A stretch of DNA of 64,000 bases from Minisyncoccota bacterium (GCA_035546575.1 DASZWN010000002.1:187319-251318); one strand, 5' to 3'; counted from the first letter of the stretch, positions 50,595 to 61,054 are shown. Numbers and translations: made by a program. Notes: generated by a model from the sequence alone, not told the origin.

Positions 50595-51017
50595 ATGAAA
50601 GAGCGTGCCGATGAAATAATCGAGATTATGGAAAAGATCCATCGGATCTTAGGCCATAAAAAGGTACTGCCCGAGGCCGCAAACTCGGTTACCCTGCTGC
50701 AGTTTGGCGCGCTCATGTTCGTGCATAGCAATCCGCGCTCTCCGGTGCAGGCGCTCGGCAAGCATATGGGACTCTCCTCATCGGCCACAGCGCAGCTCAC
50801 CGAGCGGCTGGTACACGCGGGGCTTATAGAGCGCGCCGAGGACCCGGCTGACAGGCGCAGCACATTGCTCTCACTCACTAAAAAAGGCAAAACTGTATCG
50901 GGCCACATGGCAAAAAAGCGCGAAGCGCATCTCAAGAAAATATTCGAGCATATTCCCGAGCGCGACCTGCAGGAGTTGATGCGTATTTACTCTACACTTC
51001 TAGCTCGTCTATCTTAG
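50595..51017 (+). CDS. MarR family regulator
   Basis: wHTH with LVHAGLIER..DPADRR. Confidence 0.92.
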   Translation: MKERADEIIEIMEKIHRILGHKKVLPEAANSVTLLQFGALMFVHSNPRSPVQALGKHMGLSSSATAQLTERLVHAGLIERAEDPADRRSTLLSLTKKGKTVSGHMAKKREAHLKKIFEHIPERDLQELMRIYSTLLARLS

Positions 51018-51330
51018 CAGCTAGGATGAAATCGTTTTCAGAAAGGCCCTCGATAGCATGCGTGGTCAGCTCAATGCCCACATCGCCGTAGGAAATGGTG
51101 AGGTCCGGGTGGTGCTGCTCTTCCTCGGCAATTGCAGCCACCTTGTTAAAAAACGCAACAGTCTTTTTAAAGTTTTTAAAGTGGAAGCTGCGCGCAAGCA
51201 AGTGCGCCTCGTCAATCAGCGCCCACTCGGGGTTGAGCTCAGGCATGAGCGCCTCGGCCTGCTCCTTCGTGAGCGGCTTTACATTCCCCTCGCAGGGCAC
51301 GCACTTCTTTTTTGCCAGTTTGCTAGCCAT
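50992..51330 (-). CDS. phhB: pterin-4-alpha-carbinolamine dehydratase
   Basis: CVPCEG, AEEEQHHPD, TTHAIEGLSENDFILAAKID. Confidence 0.93.
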   Translation of the reverse strand: MASKLAKKKCVPCEGNVKPLTKEQAEALMPELNPEWALIDEAHLLARSFHFKNFKKTVAFFNKVAAIAEEEQHHPDLTISYGDVGIELTTHAIEGLSENDFILAAKIDELEV

Positions 51331-52328
51331 TAGACTGTATGTAACTTCCTTTTGTTGCTTTGCGCAAGGGTGACCACATGGTCGACAAAATCCCCGAGCT
51401 TAGTCCCTACCGCATTGAGTGCCTTAGGAAATAGGGATTCCTTCGTCATGCCCACTGCCGCAGCATTGTTTGTCTCGAGGAAAAAGATCCCGCGGCGCGA
51501 TACGATAAAGTCGGAGCGCGAGTAGTGCGACTGATTAAGCGCCTCGTGCGCCTGGCGCGCCGCCTGTATCAGCTGCTCTTTCTCGCTCTGAGTAAAGTTG
51601 CCCGGCACGCGCTCGATAGTCTCGCCGCTATATTTTGCATTGTAGTCAAAAAATGGGCGCGATTTCGGCGGAATGATCTCTACCGGCATGAGTGCGTATG
51701 TTTTTTCTCCGCGATAGTTATCGATAACGCCAACGGTTGCCTCCCTCCCCTTTATGTATTCCTCTATCAATACGCGCGGAGAGACTGCAAATGCTTGCTC
51801 GAGCCCCCAGGCAAGCGTGTGGAAGTCGTTTACCACAGTCATACCGACAGAGGAGCCACCGATCACCGGCTTAACAATAGCCGGGTGCGGAAATGAGCGG
51901 AATATATTGAATGCGAGCTTCTCCAGGTCGCCTTGCGCTTCTTCTATATCCACTACAATAGCGCGGGGTGTTTTAATGCCGAGTTTTTTTATAGCCTGCT
52001 TGGTGCGAGCCTTATCGAAGGCAAGCACCGATGCGGCTCGGCCGGCACCGGTGTACGGCACCGCAAGGCTATCGAGGATTTCGTGCAAGCGGCCGTCCTC
52101 GCCATACTCCCCATGGATCACATTAAAGGCAACATCTACGCCGCGCAGCGCACGCTCCGGGTCGACGGGCGCACCATGCAGGTGCCACTGGCCACCGCGG
52201 TCGATAAATAAGTCGCGGGGTTCGTACTTTTCTCTATTGATAGACTCCAGTATTGACGCACCGCTTTTAAGCGAGACATCGTACTCGCTTGAGGGCCCAC
52301 CGCGCAAAACGCCAACCACTGTTCGCAT
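51330..52328 (-). CDS. ddl: D-alanine--D-alanine ligase
   Basis: GGPSSEYDVSLKSG, HGEYGEDG, GSSVG, FDYNAKY; start re-called at 52328. Confidence 0.93.
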   Translation of the reverse strand: MRTVVGVLRGGPSSEYDVSLKSGASILESINREKYEPRDLFIDRGGQWHLHGAPVDPERALRGVDVAFNVIHGEYGEDGRLHEILDSLAVPYTGAGRAASVLAFDKARTKQAIKKLGIKTPRAIVVDIEEAQGDLEKLAFNIFRSFPHPAIVKPVIGGSSVGMTVVNDFHTLAWGLEQAFAVSPRVLIEEYIKGREATVGVIDNYRGEKTYALMPVEIIPPKSRPFFDYNAKYSGETIERVPGNFTQSEKEQLIQAARQAHEALNQSHYSRSDFIVSRRGIFFLETNNAAAVGMTKESLFPKALNAVGTKLGDFVDHVVTLAQSNKRKLHTV

Positions 52329-52419
52329 ATCACTAGTATATAACGCTTTTATTTTATGGTTGGTTCTATCCAGCCCGTGTTTTTGAGCCCTGCTCGGTTT
52401 GTTTTCCTGTGATACCCGA

Positions 52420-52515
52420 TGCGCTTCGCTTCTCGGAAACCCTCGGTTTTCCGACACGAACTAAAGTTCGCTGCCTTCCGACACGGGAAGGACGCATCCT
52501 CCTTCCCGACCCCAT
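52420..52515. repeat. cluster of short palindromes between uvrC and ddl
   Basis: TCGGAAACC-CTC-GGTTTTCCGA, CGAACT-AA-AGTTCG, GGGAAGGA...TCCTTCCC. Confidence 0.6.
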
Positions 52516-52534
52516 CCTACATCAATTATCCGTC

Positions 52535-53902
52535 TTACCGAATAGTGGGTTCTGACCAATCTACTTTTTGGAATCCTTTGCGGCTTGTACGACGATGATA
52601 ATTGATGGCAAACCTATGTGCCTCGGCATTGGCGAGCAAAATATCGCGCTCGCGGCCGTTAATGAGGTCGCGGTCGCCGCGGATGTCGCGGGGGCGGTGC
52701 TTCTCGTCCTTAACTACGCCAACAATCGGAATAGTGATGCCAAACTCATCGAGCACCTTTTGCGCGCCGTTCATTTGTGCTGTCGAGCCGTCCACCGCAA
52801 TAAGGCGCGGCAGCGGCCACTCGTCGTGGCCCAAGCGGCGTGTCAGTACCTCGCGCAAGGCACCCACGTCGTCGCCCGGTTTTGCCGAGCGAATGCGGAA
52901 TTTGCGGTAGTCGTTCTTCTGCGCGATGCCGTCCTCTACCACAGTCATCACACCCACGTTGGCCGAGCCGCGCAGGTGCGCAATATCGTACGCCTCGATG
53001 CGGGTAACCCCGAGCGTAATTTTTGGCTTACGGTACTCGTCTTTAATGAGCGAGATGTCCTGGATATGGTTGAGCGCAAACACTTGTGAGCGCATGCGCG
53101 CGGCCTCCTCAAACCGCTCTTCTTTTGCAGCGGCCTTCATCTCGCGCTCAAGTGTTTTTATAAGTTCCTTCTTTTTACCTTGGAACAAAAGTACGATGTG
53201 CCGCACGATTCGCGCGTATTCCTCTTTTGAGGTCTCTCCCGAGCACACGCCCGGACACAAACCAATATGCGCGTTAAAGCAAGCCTTGGGCCGCTTCCCC
53301 ACCGCGATCATCTCTGCAGCGGGAGTGCATGTATCGCGATATGGGAATATCTTGCGGATCAGCTTCATCGCCTCGCGTAGTTGGAGGCCTTGCGGAAACG
53401 GGCCAAAAGTATAACGTGCAACGAAAGCAGGTTCTCGAGAGTACTCGATTTTCTTGCTAGAAAATCGCTCAGTCCTCGCGCCGTCGCGCTGTGGAGCCTC
53501 TCTCAAACCTCTTTCGTCTTCCGCTAGCAACTCTTTACCACGTACTACCAGTACACGGGGAAAATCTTCGTCCGTAATAACGACGTAGTTAAAACTTTTA
53601 TCGTCTTTAAGGAGCGTGTTGTAGGTCGGTTGGTGCGAGCGGATCAGGTTTGCCTCTAAAATGAGCGCCTCCAATACTGAATCGACTTGCTTCCACTCCA
53701 CTGTTTTGGCTATCTGAAGCATCTCTACAAGAAGCGGCCCGCGGGTGCTTATGAGATCGGGCGCAAAATAGGAGCGCACCCGGTCGCGTAGACTGGTTGC
53801 CTTGCCAATATAAAGCACTTCTTTGCGAGGGCCCAAAAAGTAGTAGACGCCCGGCGTATCCGGCATCTCTTTTTTAAGTTGATTGTATTGCTCTAATGTC
53901 AC
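52535..53902 (-). CDS. uvrC: excinuclease ABC subunit C (no C-terminal HhH; internal structured insert)
   Basis: PGVY..YIGKA GIY-YIG, UVR domain, IEAYDIAH, IAVDG. Confidence 0.93.
   Translation of the reverse strand: MTLEQYNQLKKEMPDTPGVYYFLGPRKEVLYIGKATSLRDRVRSYFAPDLISTRGPLLVEMLQIAKTVEWKQVDSVLEALILEANLIRSHQPTYNTLLKDDKSFNYVVITDEDFPRVLVVRGKELLAEDERGLREAPQRDGARTERFSSKKIEYSREPAFVARYTFGPFPQGLQLREAMKLIRKIFPYRDTCTPAAEMIAVGKRPKACFNAHIGLCPGVCSGETSKEEYARIVRHIVLLFQGKKKELIKTLEREMKAAAKEERFEEAARMRSQVFALNHIQDISLIKDEYRKPKITLGVTRIEAYDIAHLRGSANVGVMTVVEDGIAQKNDYRKFRIRSAKPGDDVGALREVLTRRLGHDEWPLPRLIAVDGSTAQMNGAQKVLDEFGITIPIVGVVKDEKHRPRDIRGDRDLINGRERDILLANAEAHRFAINYHRRTSRKGFQKVDWSEPTIR
53421..53517 (-). repeat. 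~97-nt multi-stem in-frame insert in uvrC
   Basis: Outer arms ACGAAAGCAGGTT.. / ..AACCTCTTTCGT; inner CGATTTTCT-TGCT-AGAAAATCG and GCGC-CGTC-GCGC hairpins. Confidence 0.75.
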
Positions 53903-53934
53903 TTTGACATTATAGCATATTCATGGCTTTTCTT

Positions 53935-56583
53935 TTATCTCCCCTTCAAAACCCGCTTTAAGTACTTGCCGGTGTGCGAGGTTTTGTGGTTTGCAACATC
54001 CTCGGGCGTGCCTTTTGCAATGAGTTTGCCACCCCCTACTCCTCCTTCGGGGCCAAAGTCGAGCAGCCAGTCGGCGCTTTTAATAATGTCCATATTGTGC
54101 TCAATCAGTACGACCGAATTACCTGCATTAACCAAACGATTGAGAATATCGATCAGTTTCTGTACGTCTTCATAATGGAGACCGACCGTTGGTTCATCGA
54201 GAAGGTAGATTGTTTTTTGCAGATGCGGTTTGTAGAGCTCGGCAGAGATTTTGACGCGTTGCGCCTCACCGCCTGAGAGGGTTGTTGCAGATTGTCCAAG
54301 CTTAAGATAGCCAAGCCCCACCTCTTCGAGCGTTTTAAGGCGATCGTAAATTGCCGGAATATCGTTAAAGAATACGAGCGCCTCCTCAATCGACATCTCA
54401 AGTATGTCGTAGATGCTCTTCTTTTTATATTTGACCTCGAGAGTCTCTTTCATAAACCTTTTGCCATTGCAGATGTCGCAGGTCACATACACAGTCGGCA
54501 AAAATGCCATCTCCACCGCAATGGTGCCGTTGCCCTCGCACGCCTCGCAGCGCCCGCCGCCGCGGGCTTGCTTTACGTTAAACGAGAAGCGCGATGCTCC
54601 CCACCCGCGCGCTTTAGCCTCGATAGTTTCGGCAAACAAGTCGCGCACAAAGGTAAATGCCCCTGTGTAGGTAGCAGGATTCGAGCGTGGTGTGCGGCCG
54701 ATCGGCGATTGGTCGATCAATATCGCCCGAGAAAGATGTTCCGTGCCCTCAAACGACGCTGCGTTAAAGATTTTATTAGTGCGATAGTGCTTGTCGAAGC
54801 GGGCGCGCAGATTTTCGTACAAGATATCGTAGAGGAATGTCGACTTGCCCGAACCCGACACGCCGGTAATCGCTACAAGCCGCCCCAGCGGAATATCCAC
54901 CGAAAGGTTGTCGATATTAAATGCCTTGCCTCCCTTAATTTTGATCGATCCTTTGTCCTTTTCGCGGCGCTCGTCGGGCACTGCAATCGCCTTTTCGCCG
55001 CGCAGGTACGCAAGCGTAACCGAGCCGCTCTCGTTCTTTTTTGACGTGAGCAGTTTGTCGAGGTCATCAGCCACGACTACGTGTCCGCCATGGATTCCAG
55101 CACCCGGACCGATGTCCACTAGGTAGTCACCAGAGTAGATAGTGTCCTCATCATGCTCTACAACAATAATGGTGTTACCTAAGTCACGCAGATTTACGAG
55201 TGTTTTAATGAGGCGCTCGTTGTCGCGCTGATGGAGACCGATGGTTGGCTCGTCGAGTACGTACAATGCGCCTACAAGGCCGGAGCCCAACTGCGAGGCA
55301 AGGCGGATACGCTGTGCCTCGCCACCGGAGAGCGTATTGGCGCGCCTATCGAGCGTGAGGTAGTCGAGCCCTACATCAAGCATAAACTTGAGCCGTGCGG
55401 TAATCTCTTTAATAACTGTTTTAGAAATCTCCTGATCTTTTTTAGAAAGCTCGAGATCGGTAAAGAATCTGTGCGCGTTCTCTATTGAGAGGTTGGTGAT
55501 GGTTACGATGTTGTGTCGTGGCGCAGCGGAATCTGATTCGCGACCATCCCCTCGACGACCTGCAGGGAGAGAATTAGATTCTGCAGCGTCACCCAAAAAT
55601 ACATTAAGCGCTTCAGGGCGCAGACGAGCGCCGTGGCACACTGGGCACGGCTCCTCGCCCATAAAGTGCTTGGTGCCAAGGCCATTGCAGGCCGGACACG
55701 CGCCATACGGCGAGTTAAACGAGAACAGGCGCGGCTCCACCTCAGGGAACGAGAATCCGTCGTACGGGCACATAAACTTAGCCGAGATTAGCCGCTCGCC
55801 ATGTGTGTCTTCTATCTTGACTAACCCATCGCTCTCTTGGAGTGCGCGCTCTACGCCCTCAGAAAGGCGTTCGAGCGCAGCTGATTTGCTACGTGTGAAC
55901 TCGGTTACTAAAATTTCGTCGACCACTGCGTCGATGTCATGCTTTTTGTGCTTAGCGAGGATAATCTGCTCGCGCAAGTTCATTACTGTACCGTCTATCT
56001 TTGCCTTCTCGTAGCCTTTGCCGAGCAAATCGTAGAGCAACTGGTAGTACTCGCCTTTGCGGCCCACCACCACCGGCGCAAAAATGCGAACGGTGTCCTC
56101 ATTCATCTCAACACCCATCACTTTTTTTACTTTTTTAGGCGCGTGCTTGGAAACTCCGTCGATAATACTCTGGATGATCTCCTCGTTTGAGAGCTTTTTA
56201 ATCTCGCGGCCGCAGACTAAGCAATGCGGTTTGCCCACGCGCGCAAAAAGTATTCGCATGTAATCGTAGATCTCGGTAATGGTGGCCACAGTAGAGCGCG
56301 GGTTGTTAGAGCGCGACTTTTGGTCGATCGAGATAGCCGGGGAGAGGCCCGTGATCTCCTCGACGTCGGGCTTTTGCATCTGGCGGAGGAATTGCCGTGC
56401 ATAGGCGGAGAGAGACTCGATATAACGGCGCTGCCCTTCGGCAAAAATAGTGTCGAACGCCAAAGACGACTTCCCGCTGCCGGAAAGCCCCGTAAAGATC
56501 ACCATCTTATTGCGCGGAATGCTCAAAGAGACATTCTTAAGGTTGTGAGTCTTTGCTCCTTTTATATTTATGCGGTCTTCCAT
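53935..56583 (-). CDS. uvrA: excinuclease ABC subunit A (carries an in-frame palindromic insert)
   Basis: Two Walker A motifs ([16 protein letters not shown]), LSGGEAQR twice, zinc fingers. Confidence 0.97.
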   Translation of the reverse strand: MEDRINIKGAKTHNLKNVSLSIPRNKMVIFTGLSGSGKSSLAFDTIFAEGQRRYIESLSAYARQFLRQMQKPDVEEITGLSPAISIDQKSRSNNPRSTVATITEIYDYMRILFARVGKPHCLVCGREIKKLSNEEIIQSIIDGVSKHAPKKVKKVMGVEMNEDTVRIFAPVVVGRKGEYYQLLYDLLGKGYEKAKIDGTVMNLREQIILAKHKKHDIDAVVDEILVTEFTRSKSAALERLSEGVERALQESDGLVKIEDTHGERLISAKFMCPYDGFSFPEVEPRLFSFNSPYGACPACNGLGTKHFMGEEPCPVCHGARLRPEALNVFLGDAAESNSLPAGRRGDGRESDSAAPRHNIVTITNLSIENAHRFFTDLELSKKDQEISKTVIKEITARLKFMLDVGLDYLTLDRRANTLSGGEAQRIRLASQLGSGLVGALYVLDEPTIGLHQRDNERLIKTLVNLRDLGNTIIVVEHDEDTIYSGDYLVDIGPGAGIHGGHVVVADDLDKLLTSKKNESGSVTLAYLRGEKAIAVPDERREKDKGSIKIKGGKAFNIDNLSVDIPLGRLVAITGVSGSGKSTFLYDILYENLRARFDKHYRTNKIFNAASFEGTEHLSRAILIDQSPIGRTPRSNPATYTGAFTFVRDLFAETIEAKARGWGASRFSFNVKQARGGGRCEACEGNGTIAVEMAFLPTVYVTCDICNGKRFMKETLEVKYKKKSIYDILEMSIEEALVFFNDIPAIYDRLKTLEEVGLGYLKLGQSATTLSGGEAQRVKISAELYKPHLQKTIYLLDEPTVGLHYEDVQKLIDILNRLVNAGNSVVLIEHNMDIIKSADWLLDFGPEGGVGGGKLIAKGTPEDVANHKTSHTGKYLKRVLKGR
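55518..55592 (-). repeat. in-frame palindromic element, LPAGxxGDGR family, copy 2 (uvrA)
   Basis: 24-nt arms (19/24 complementary) around the core at 55542-55568. Confidence 0.9.
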
Positions 56584-56682
56584 AAGCTTTTAGGCAAAAT
56601 ACACAGATTCTCTAAGCACGGCCTTTGCCCCTCGGCAGTGCCTGAGGGGTACATATACACAAATATATACTACCATATTTAC

Positions 56683-57150
56683 AAAAAAAAGAGGCCTCGC
56701 TGCGACTTTTCCGATCCGAAGACCGAATTAGTACAGCGAGGCTTCTGTTGTGGGACCCTTAGGATCCCGTCTGGAGGGTTTAGCCCTCCTGATGGGACCA
56801 TATGGTCCCCGATCGCGATGCCAACATTGCTGCCAGCTCGCACATCGATAGCTCTTGGCTTTGCACCATGAGCGAGTCATTAATTTCGTTTCATCTCGAA
56901 CGTCCATGCCCTCCTCGCGGAAGTTACTTCTGCTCGAACTGATTCGAAACTCACGACTTGATAAGAGTTGTCAGCAGTCGCCACCGCCGATCGGTGAAGC
57001 TTTGACCAAACTTCTCTCTTACCTCGCAACCATGTCCGAATGGTCATCCCGAATTTCGAACTTCAGGTACTCGATTCTGATTGCCTCGGCGTCACTTTCT
57101 TTCTTACGATCAATCGTGCGCCGGTAATGTATGAGTCTACTCCTCTCACT
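56683..57150 (-). ncRNA. candidate structured RNA (unassigned) ending in a strong terminator
   Basis: No convincing ORF; three hairpins at 21-nt period (56752-56809); terminator stem 56690-56745 plus T8. Confidence 0.35.
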
Positions 57151-57213
57151 TTGACCTACAAGTGGATAACTTATTGGAGAATATTTTTTAAAAATCCGCA
57201 AGAGTTCCTATTC

Positions 57214-59286
57214 TTATTTCTTAGGTTTTTTTGGTTTTCCTTCGCTTCCCTGCCCGCTTAAGGCATAAATTTCATCTCTTATTAGCGCGGCGGTTTCAAA
57301 GTCGAGATTCTTTACCGCCTCGGCCATTTCAGCTCGCTTTGCTGCTATAAATTTACGTGGATTCTTTTTATACTCTGCATGCTCGATGGTCATCATCTCT
57401 ACAACCGCCTTGCCGTGCTCGCTACGCAGCTCTTCAGTAATATCTTTTATCGCTTTGCTGACCGTTTTTGGAGTGATGTTGTGCTCTTTGTTGTAGGCCA
57501 TCTGGATTTCGCGACGACGATTGGTCTCGCTGATAGCGCTTGTAAGCTGCGGTGTCATTTCGTCGGCATACAAGAGTACGCGACCGTGTATGTTGCGCGC
57601 CGCGCGCCCGATAGTCTGTATCAGCGATGTCTCGCTGCGCAAAAAGCCCGATTTATCGGCATCTAGAATGGCGACCAGCTCCACCTCGGGCAGGTCAAGC
57701 CCCTCGCGCAGAAGGTTAACGCCTACCAAAACGTCGTACTCACCCTTACGCAGGTCGGTGAGGGTGGTAATGCGGTCGAGCGTCTCTACATCGCTGTGCA
57801 GATATGCCGCTTTTATCTTGCGATCCTTAAGAAACTCCGCCAAGTCCTCGGCCATCTTTTTGGTAAGTGTGGTCACCATGATGCGCCCGCCATGCTCGAT
57901 CACTTTATCGGCCTCTTCAAGAAAATCTTGCACTTGGCCTTTTATATCGTGGTCGAAGCTGCCGGTGACCGGACGGACGATAATCTCGGGGTCGACAAGG
58001 CCAGTGGGGCGTATGATCTGCTCCACCACATTTGAGCCCGAATGTTCCTTTTCGTACGGTCCTGGTGTAGCGGAAGTGTAGATTACCTGACCTACGCGCT
58101 CCTCAAACTCTTCGAACTTGAGCGGGCGGTTGTCTATTGCCGACGGCAGGCGGAAGCCGTACTCAACCAAATTTTCTTTACGTGCGCGGTCGCCCGCATA
58201 CATGCCACCGATCTGCGGCACTGTAACATGGCTTTCGTCGATAACGGTCAAAAAGTCGGGGGTACCGTCTGCTTTGTGCGGAAAGTATTCCAAAAGGGAA
58301 AATGGCGGCTGTCCCGGCGCGCGGCCGTCGAAATGGCGCGAGTAATTTTCGATCCCATTGCAGTATCCGATCTCGCGGATAAGCGCGAGGTCGTGATTGG
58401 TGCGGCGCTTGAGGCGCTCGGCCTCCAGCATTTTACCTTTACGCTCAAATTCAGCGAGCTGCTCTTTTAACTCGTGCTTGATATCCTCGATAGCGCGTAC
58501 GCGCTCGTCCTCAGGCGTTACGTAGTGTTTTGCGGGGAAAAGGAAGAGTGATTCTTTCGGCTCCTTTTCCGCGCGCGTTATGGCATCGATCACCCGTACG
58601 CGCGAGATCTCTTCGCCCGCTTGGCCTGAGCTTGTCGAATGGCCAAACTCTACGCGGTATAGTACGCGCTCGCCAGTCGGCATAATCTCGATCGAGTTCC
58701 CTATTGCGCGGAAGGTCCCCGGCGTAATGTCGGCGTTGGTGCGGCTAAAGTACACCGAGATAAGCTCGCGTATGAGTTCGGCGCGGTTTTTCTTAAGCCC
58801 CGGTGCAATCTCGAGATGTACTTTGCGATACTCCTCGGGCGAGCCCAGCGCGTAGATGCACGAGACCGATGCAACAATGATCACATCTTTGCGGCTCAGC
58901 AGCGCCTGGGTTGAGGCGTGGCGCAAGCGGTCGATCTCTTCGTTGATCTGCGCCTCCTTCTCTATATACGTGTCGCTATGCGGGATATAGGCCTCCGGCT
59001 GATAGTAGTCGTAGTAAGAGACAAAGTATTGCACCGAGGCATCAGGAAAGAACTCGCGATACTCTTGTGCGAGCTGCGCCGCGAGCGTTTTATTGTGTGC
59101 AATTACGAGCGTGGGCTTGCCGATTTGCTCAATAACATTTGCAATCGTAAATGTTTTGCCCGAGCCGGTTACACCAAGGAGAGTCTGGTGCTCTTTCCCC
59201 GCTTTAATACCCTTTACAAGGGCCTCTATAGCCTTGGGCTGGTCGCCGGCAGGCTTGTAGTCGGACTTGATCTTAAAGACAGCCAT
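57214..59286 (-). CDS. uvrB: excinuclease ABC subunit B
   Basis: GDQP, GVTGSGKT, YYDYYQPEAY, DESH, QTIGRAARN. Confidence 0.98.
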   Translation of the reverse strand: MAVFKIKSDYKPAGDQPKAIEALVKGIKAGKEHQTLLGVTGSGKTFTIANVIEQIGKPTLVIAHNKTLAAQLAQEYREFFPDASVQYFVSYYDYYQPEAYIPHSDTYIEKEAQINEEIDRLRHASTQALLSRKDVIIVASVSCIYALGSPEEYRKVHLEIAPGLKKNRAELIRELISVYFSRTNADITPGTFRAIGNSIEIMPTGERVLYRVEFGHSTSSGQAGEEISRVRVIDAITRAEKEPKESLFLFPAKHYVTPEDERVRAIEDIKHELKEQLAEFERKGKMLEAERLKRRTNHDLALIREIGYCNGIENYSRHFDGRAPGQPPFSLLEYFPHKADGTPDFLTVIDESHVTVPQIGGMYAGDRARKENLVEYGFRLPSAIDNRPLKFEEFEERVGQVIYTSATPGPYEKEHSGSNVVEQIIRPTGLVDPEIIVRPVTGSFDHDIKGQVQDFLEEADKVIEHGGRIMVTTLTKKMAEDLAEFLKDRKIKAAYLHSDVETLDRITTLTDLRKGEYDVLVGVNLLREGLDLPEVELVAILDADKSGFLRSETSLIQTIGRAARNIHGRVLLYADEMTPQLTSAISETNRRREIQMAYNKEHNITPKTVSKAIKDITEELRSEHGKAVVEMMTIEHAEYKKNPRKFIAAKRAEMAEAVKNLDFETAALIRDEIYALSGQGSEGKPKKPKK
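58621..58646 (-). repeat. short REP-like hairpin in frame in uvrB
   Basis: TTGGCC-TGAGCTTGTCGAAT-GGCCAA, encoding GHSTSSGQ. Confidence 0.7.
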
Positions 59287-59300
59287 AAAAGGCTATTCTA

Positions 59301-60566
59301 TCATTTTTGATACTCTGACAGAAACGCTTCTTTATATTTCTCAAAGGTACCGTCGATAATTGATGCGCGGATTTTTTTCGTGAGATTCGCTAAAAAGTAG
59401 AGATTGTGCTGGCTTGCGAGTATCGGCCCGAGCATCTCACCCGTGCGAAAGAGGTGATGGATATAGCTTTTGGTATAACGCTTGCAGACCGGGCACGCGC
59501 ATTCGGGGTCTATAGGGTTCTGATCCTCTTTGTACTCGGCATTTGGGATCTGGATCTTACCCTTGTTGCTGTAGAGCCCGCCGGTGCGACCATTGCGCGT
59601 TGGGAGCACGCAGTCAAAGGTGTCGCACCCTGCCGCAGCACCAATAAACAAATCCTCGGGCTCGCCGATGCCGAGCAGATGGCGCGGTTTTTCTTTTGGC
59701 AGTTCCGCATTTACTTTGTCGAGAATGCCGAGCAGATCCCATTTGCTAAAAGACCCGCCGATGCCGTAGCCGTCAAAGTCCATGGTGGCTATTTCGCGGG
59801 CGCTCTCGATGCGCAGGTCGGCAAAGCGTCCGCCCTGGACGATGCCGAAGATCCCTTGCTTTGCATTTTTATCGATATTGCCGCGATGCGCGCGCAGAGA
59901 GCGCTCGGCCCAGCGATGCGTGCGGTCCATCGCCTCTTTTTGGTACTCATATTCGGCGTTTGGCGCAGTACACTCGTCGAACGCAAAGATAATGTCGGCG
60001 CCGAGCGCATGCTGGATCTCGATCGAGCGCTCAGGAGTAAAGCGGTGGAGCGAGCCGTCGATATGCGAGGTAAACGAAACGCCTTCGTCGTCGATGACGG
60101 CAAGCTTGCCGTGGCTTGTTGCCAGATCCTCATCCCAGACAGCCGGAACAGAGTCGTTTGACCGACCATCCCCTTGCTGGCCTGCAGGGAGGGCAGACGA
60201 CTCTGCTCCGGCTGCTTTGCTAAATTTAGAAATCTTTTTTCCAAAGCCGACGCCAAGCGAGAATACCTGAAAGCCGCCGGAGTCGGTCATGCTTGGCCTA
60301 TCCCACGTCATAAATTTGTTTACGCCGCCGCCTTTTTCAACTATTTTTTCGCCCGGGGAGAGATATAAATGGTAAGTGTTTGCGATAATACCCTGCACCC
60401 CAAGCTCTGCGAGCCGCGAGGCTTCAATCCCCTTAACATCGGCTTTGGTAGCAACCGCAATAAACGCAGGCGTCTCAATAGTGCCATGGGGTGTATGCAA
60501 AACTCCGGCTCTCGCAAGAGAGCCGGTGAGTTCTTTCTCAATCGTGAGCGAAATCGGCCGCATCAC
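59301..60566 (-). CDS. tgt: tRNA-guanine transglycosylase (carries an in-frame palindromic insert)
   Basis: TDSGGFQVFSL, GIVQGG, FDCVLPTR, C-C-C-H zinc site. Confidence 0.96.
   Translation of the reverse strand: MMRPISLTIEKELTGSLARAGVLHTPHGTIETPAFIAVATKADVKGIEASRLAELGVQGIIANTYHLYLSPGEKIVEKGGGVNKFMTWDRPSMTDSGGFQVFSLGVGFGKKISKFSKAAGAESSALPAGQQGDGRSNDSVPAVWDEDLATSHGKLAVIDDEGVSFTSHIDGSLHRFTPERSIEIQHALGADIIFAFDECTAPNAEYEYQKEAMDRTHRWAERSLRAHRGNIDKNAKQGIFGIVQGGRFADLRIESAREIATMDFDGYGIGGSFSKWDLLGILDKVNAELPKEKPRHLLGIGEPEDLFIGAAAGCDTFDCVLPTRNGRTGGLYSNKGKIQIPNAEYKEDQNPIDPECACPVCKRYTKSYIHHLFRTGEMLGPILASQHNLYFLANLTKKIRASIIDGTFEKYKEAFLSEYQK
60140..60214 (-). repeat. in-frame palindromic element, LPAGxxGDGR family, copy 3 (tgt)
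   Basis: 24-nt arms (21/24 complementary) around the core at 60164-60190. Confidence 0.9.
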
Positions 60567-61054
60567 TACTGGGCAGCGGGAGTCACTTTAACGAGTTCGA
60601 CTTCAAATACGAGTGTCGCGTTAGGAGGTATTGGACCATAGCCAGAGGCGCCATATCCGAGCGCAGGCGGAATAATAAGCAAACGCCTGCCGCCCTGCTT
60701 CATGCCCTGGAGCCCCTGCTCCCAACCCGGGATCACTGTGCCTGCGCCAAGCACAAACGAGATTGGAGCTTTACCAACCGAAGTGTCAAACACGGTACCG
60801 TCCTCAAGCTTGCCGGTGTAGTTAACAGAAACCGTGTCGCCAAGTTTAGCTTCTGCTCCGGTGCCCACCGTCTCGTCTTGTACAACCAACTGCGTTACCT
60901 GGCCTAAGCCAGTCGCATCATTCGATTGCCCTGTTGTTCCCGAAGAAGCGAGATCGTTTGCCATCTGAAAAGGATTACCAATAACAAAAAATAGTAGCAC
61001 TACTGCTAAAGCAACTACAACCGCGATACCGGCAATGAGGGTGCGTTTTGTCAT
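60566..61054 (-). CDS. membrane-anchored FKBP-type peptidyl-prolyl isomerase
   Basis: VNYTGKLEDGTVFD, VIPGW, IPPALGYG, IPPNATLVFEVEL. Confidence 0.95.
   Translation of the reverse strand: MTKRTLIAGIAVVVALAVVLLFFVIGNPFQMANDLASSGTTGQSNDATGLGQVTQLVVQDETVGTGAEAKLGDTVSVNYTGKLEDGTVFDTSVGKAPISFVLGAGTVIPGWEQGLQGMKQGGRRLLIIPPALGYGASGYGPIPPNATLVFEVELVKVTPAAQ

Noticed and set aside
52329-52457. N-terminal extension of ddl in the ORF track
   Set aside because: Runs through an intergenic palindrome cluster; the conserved Ddl sequence starts at 52328, just after a -10 box
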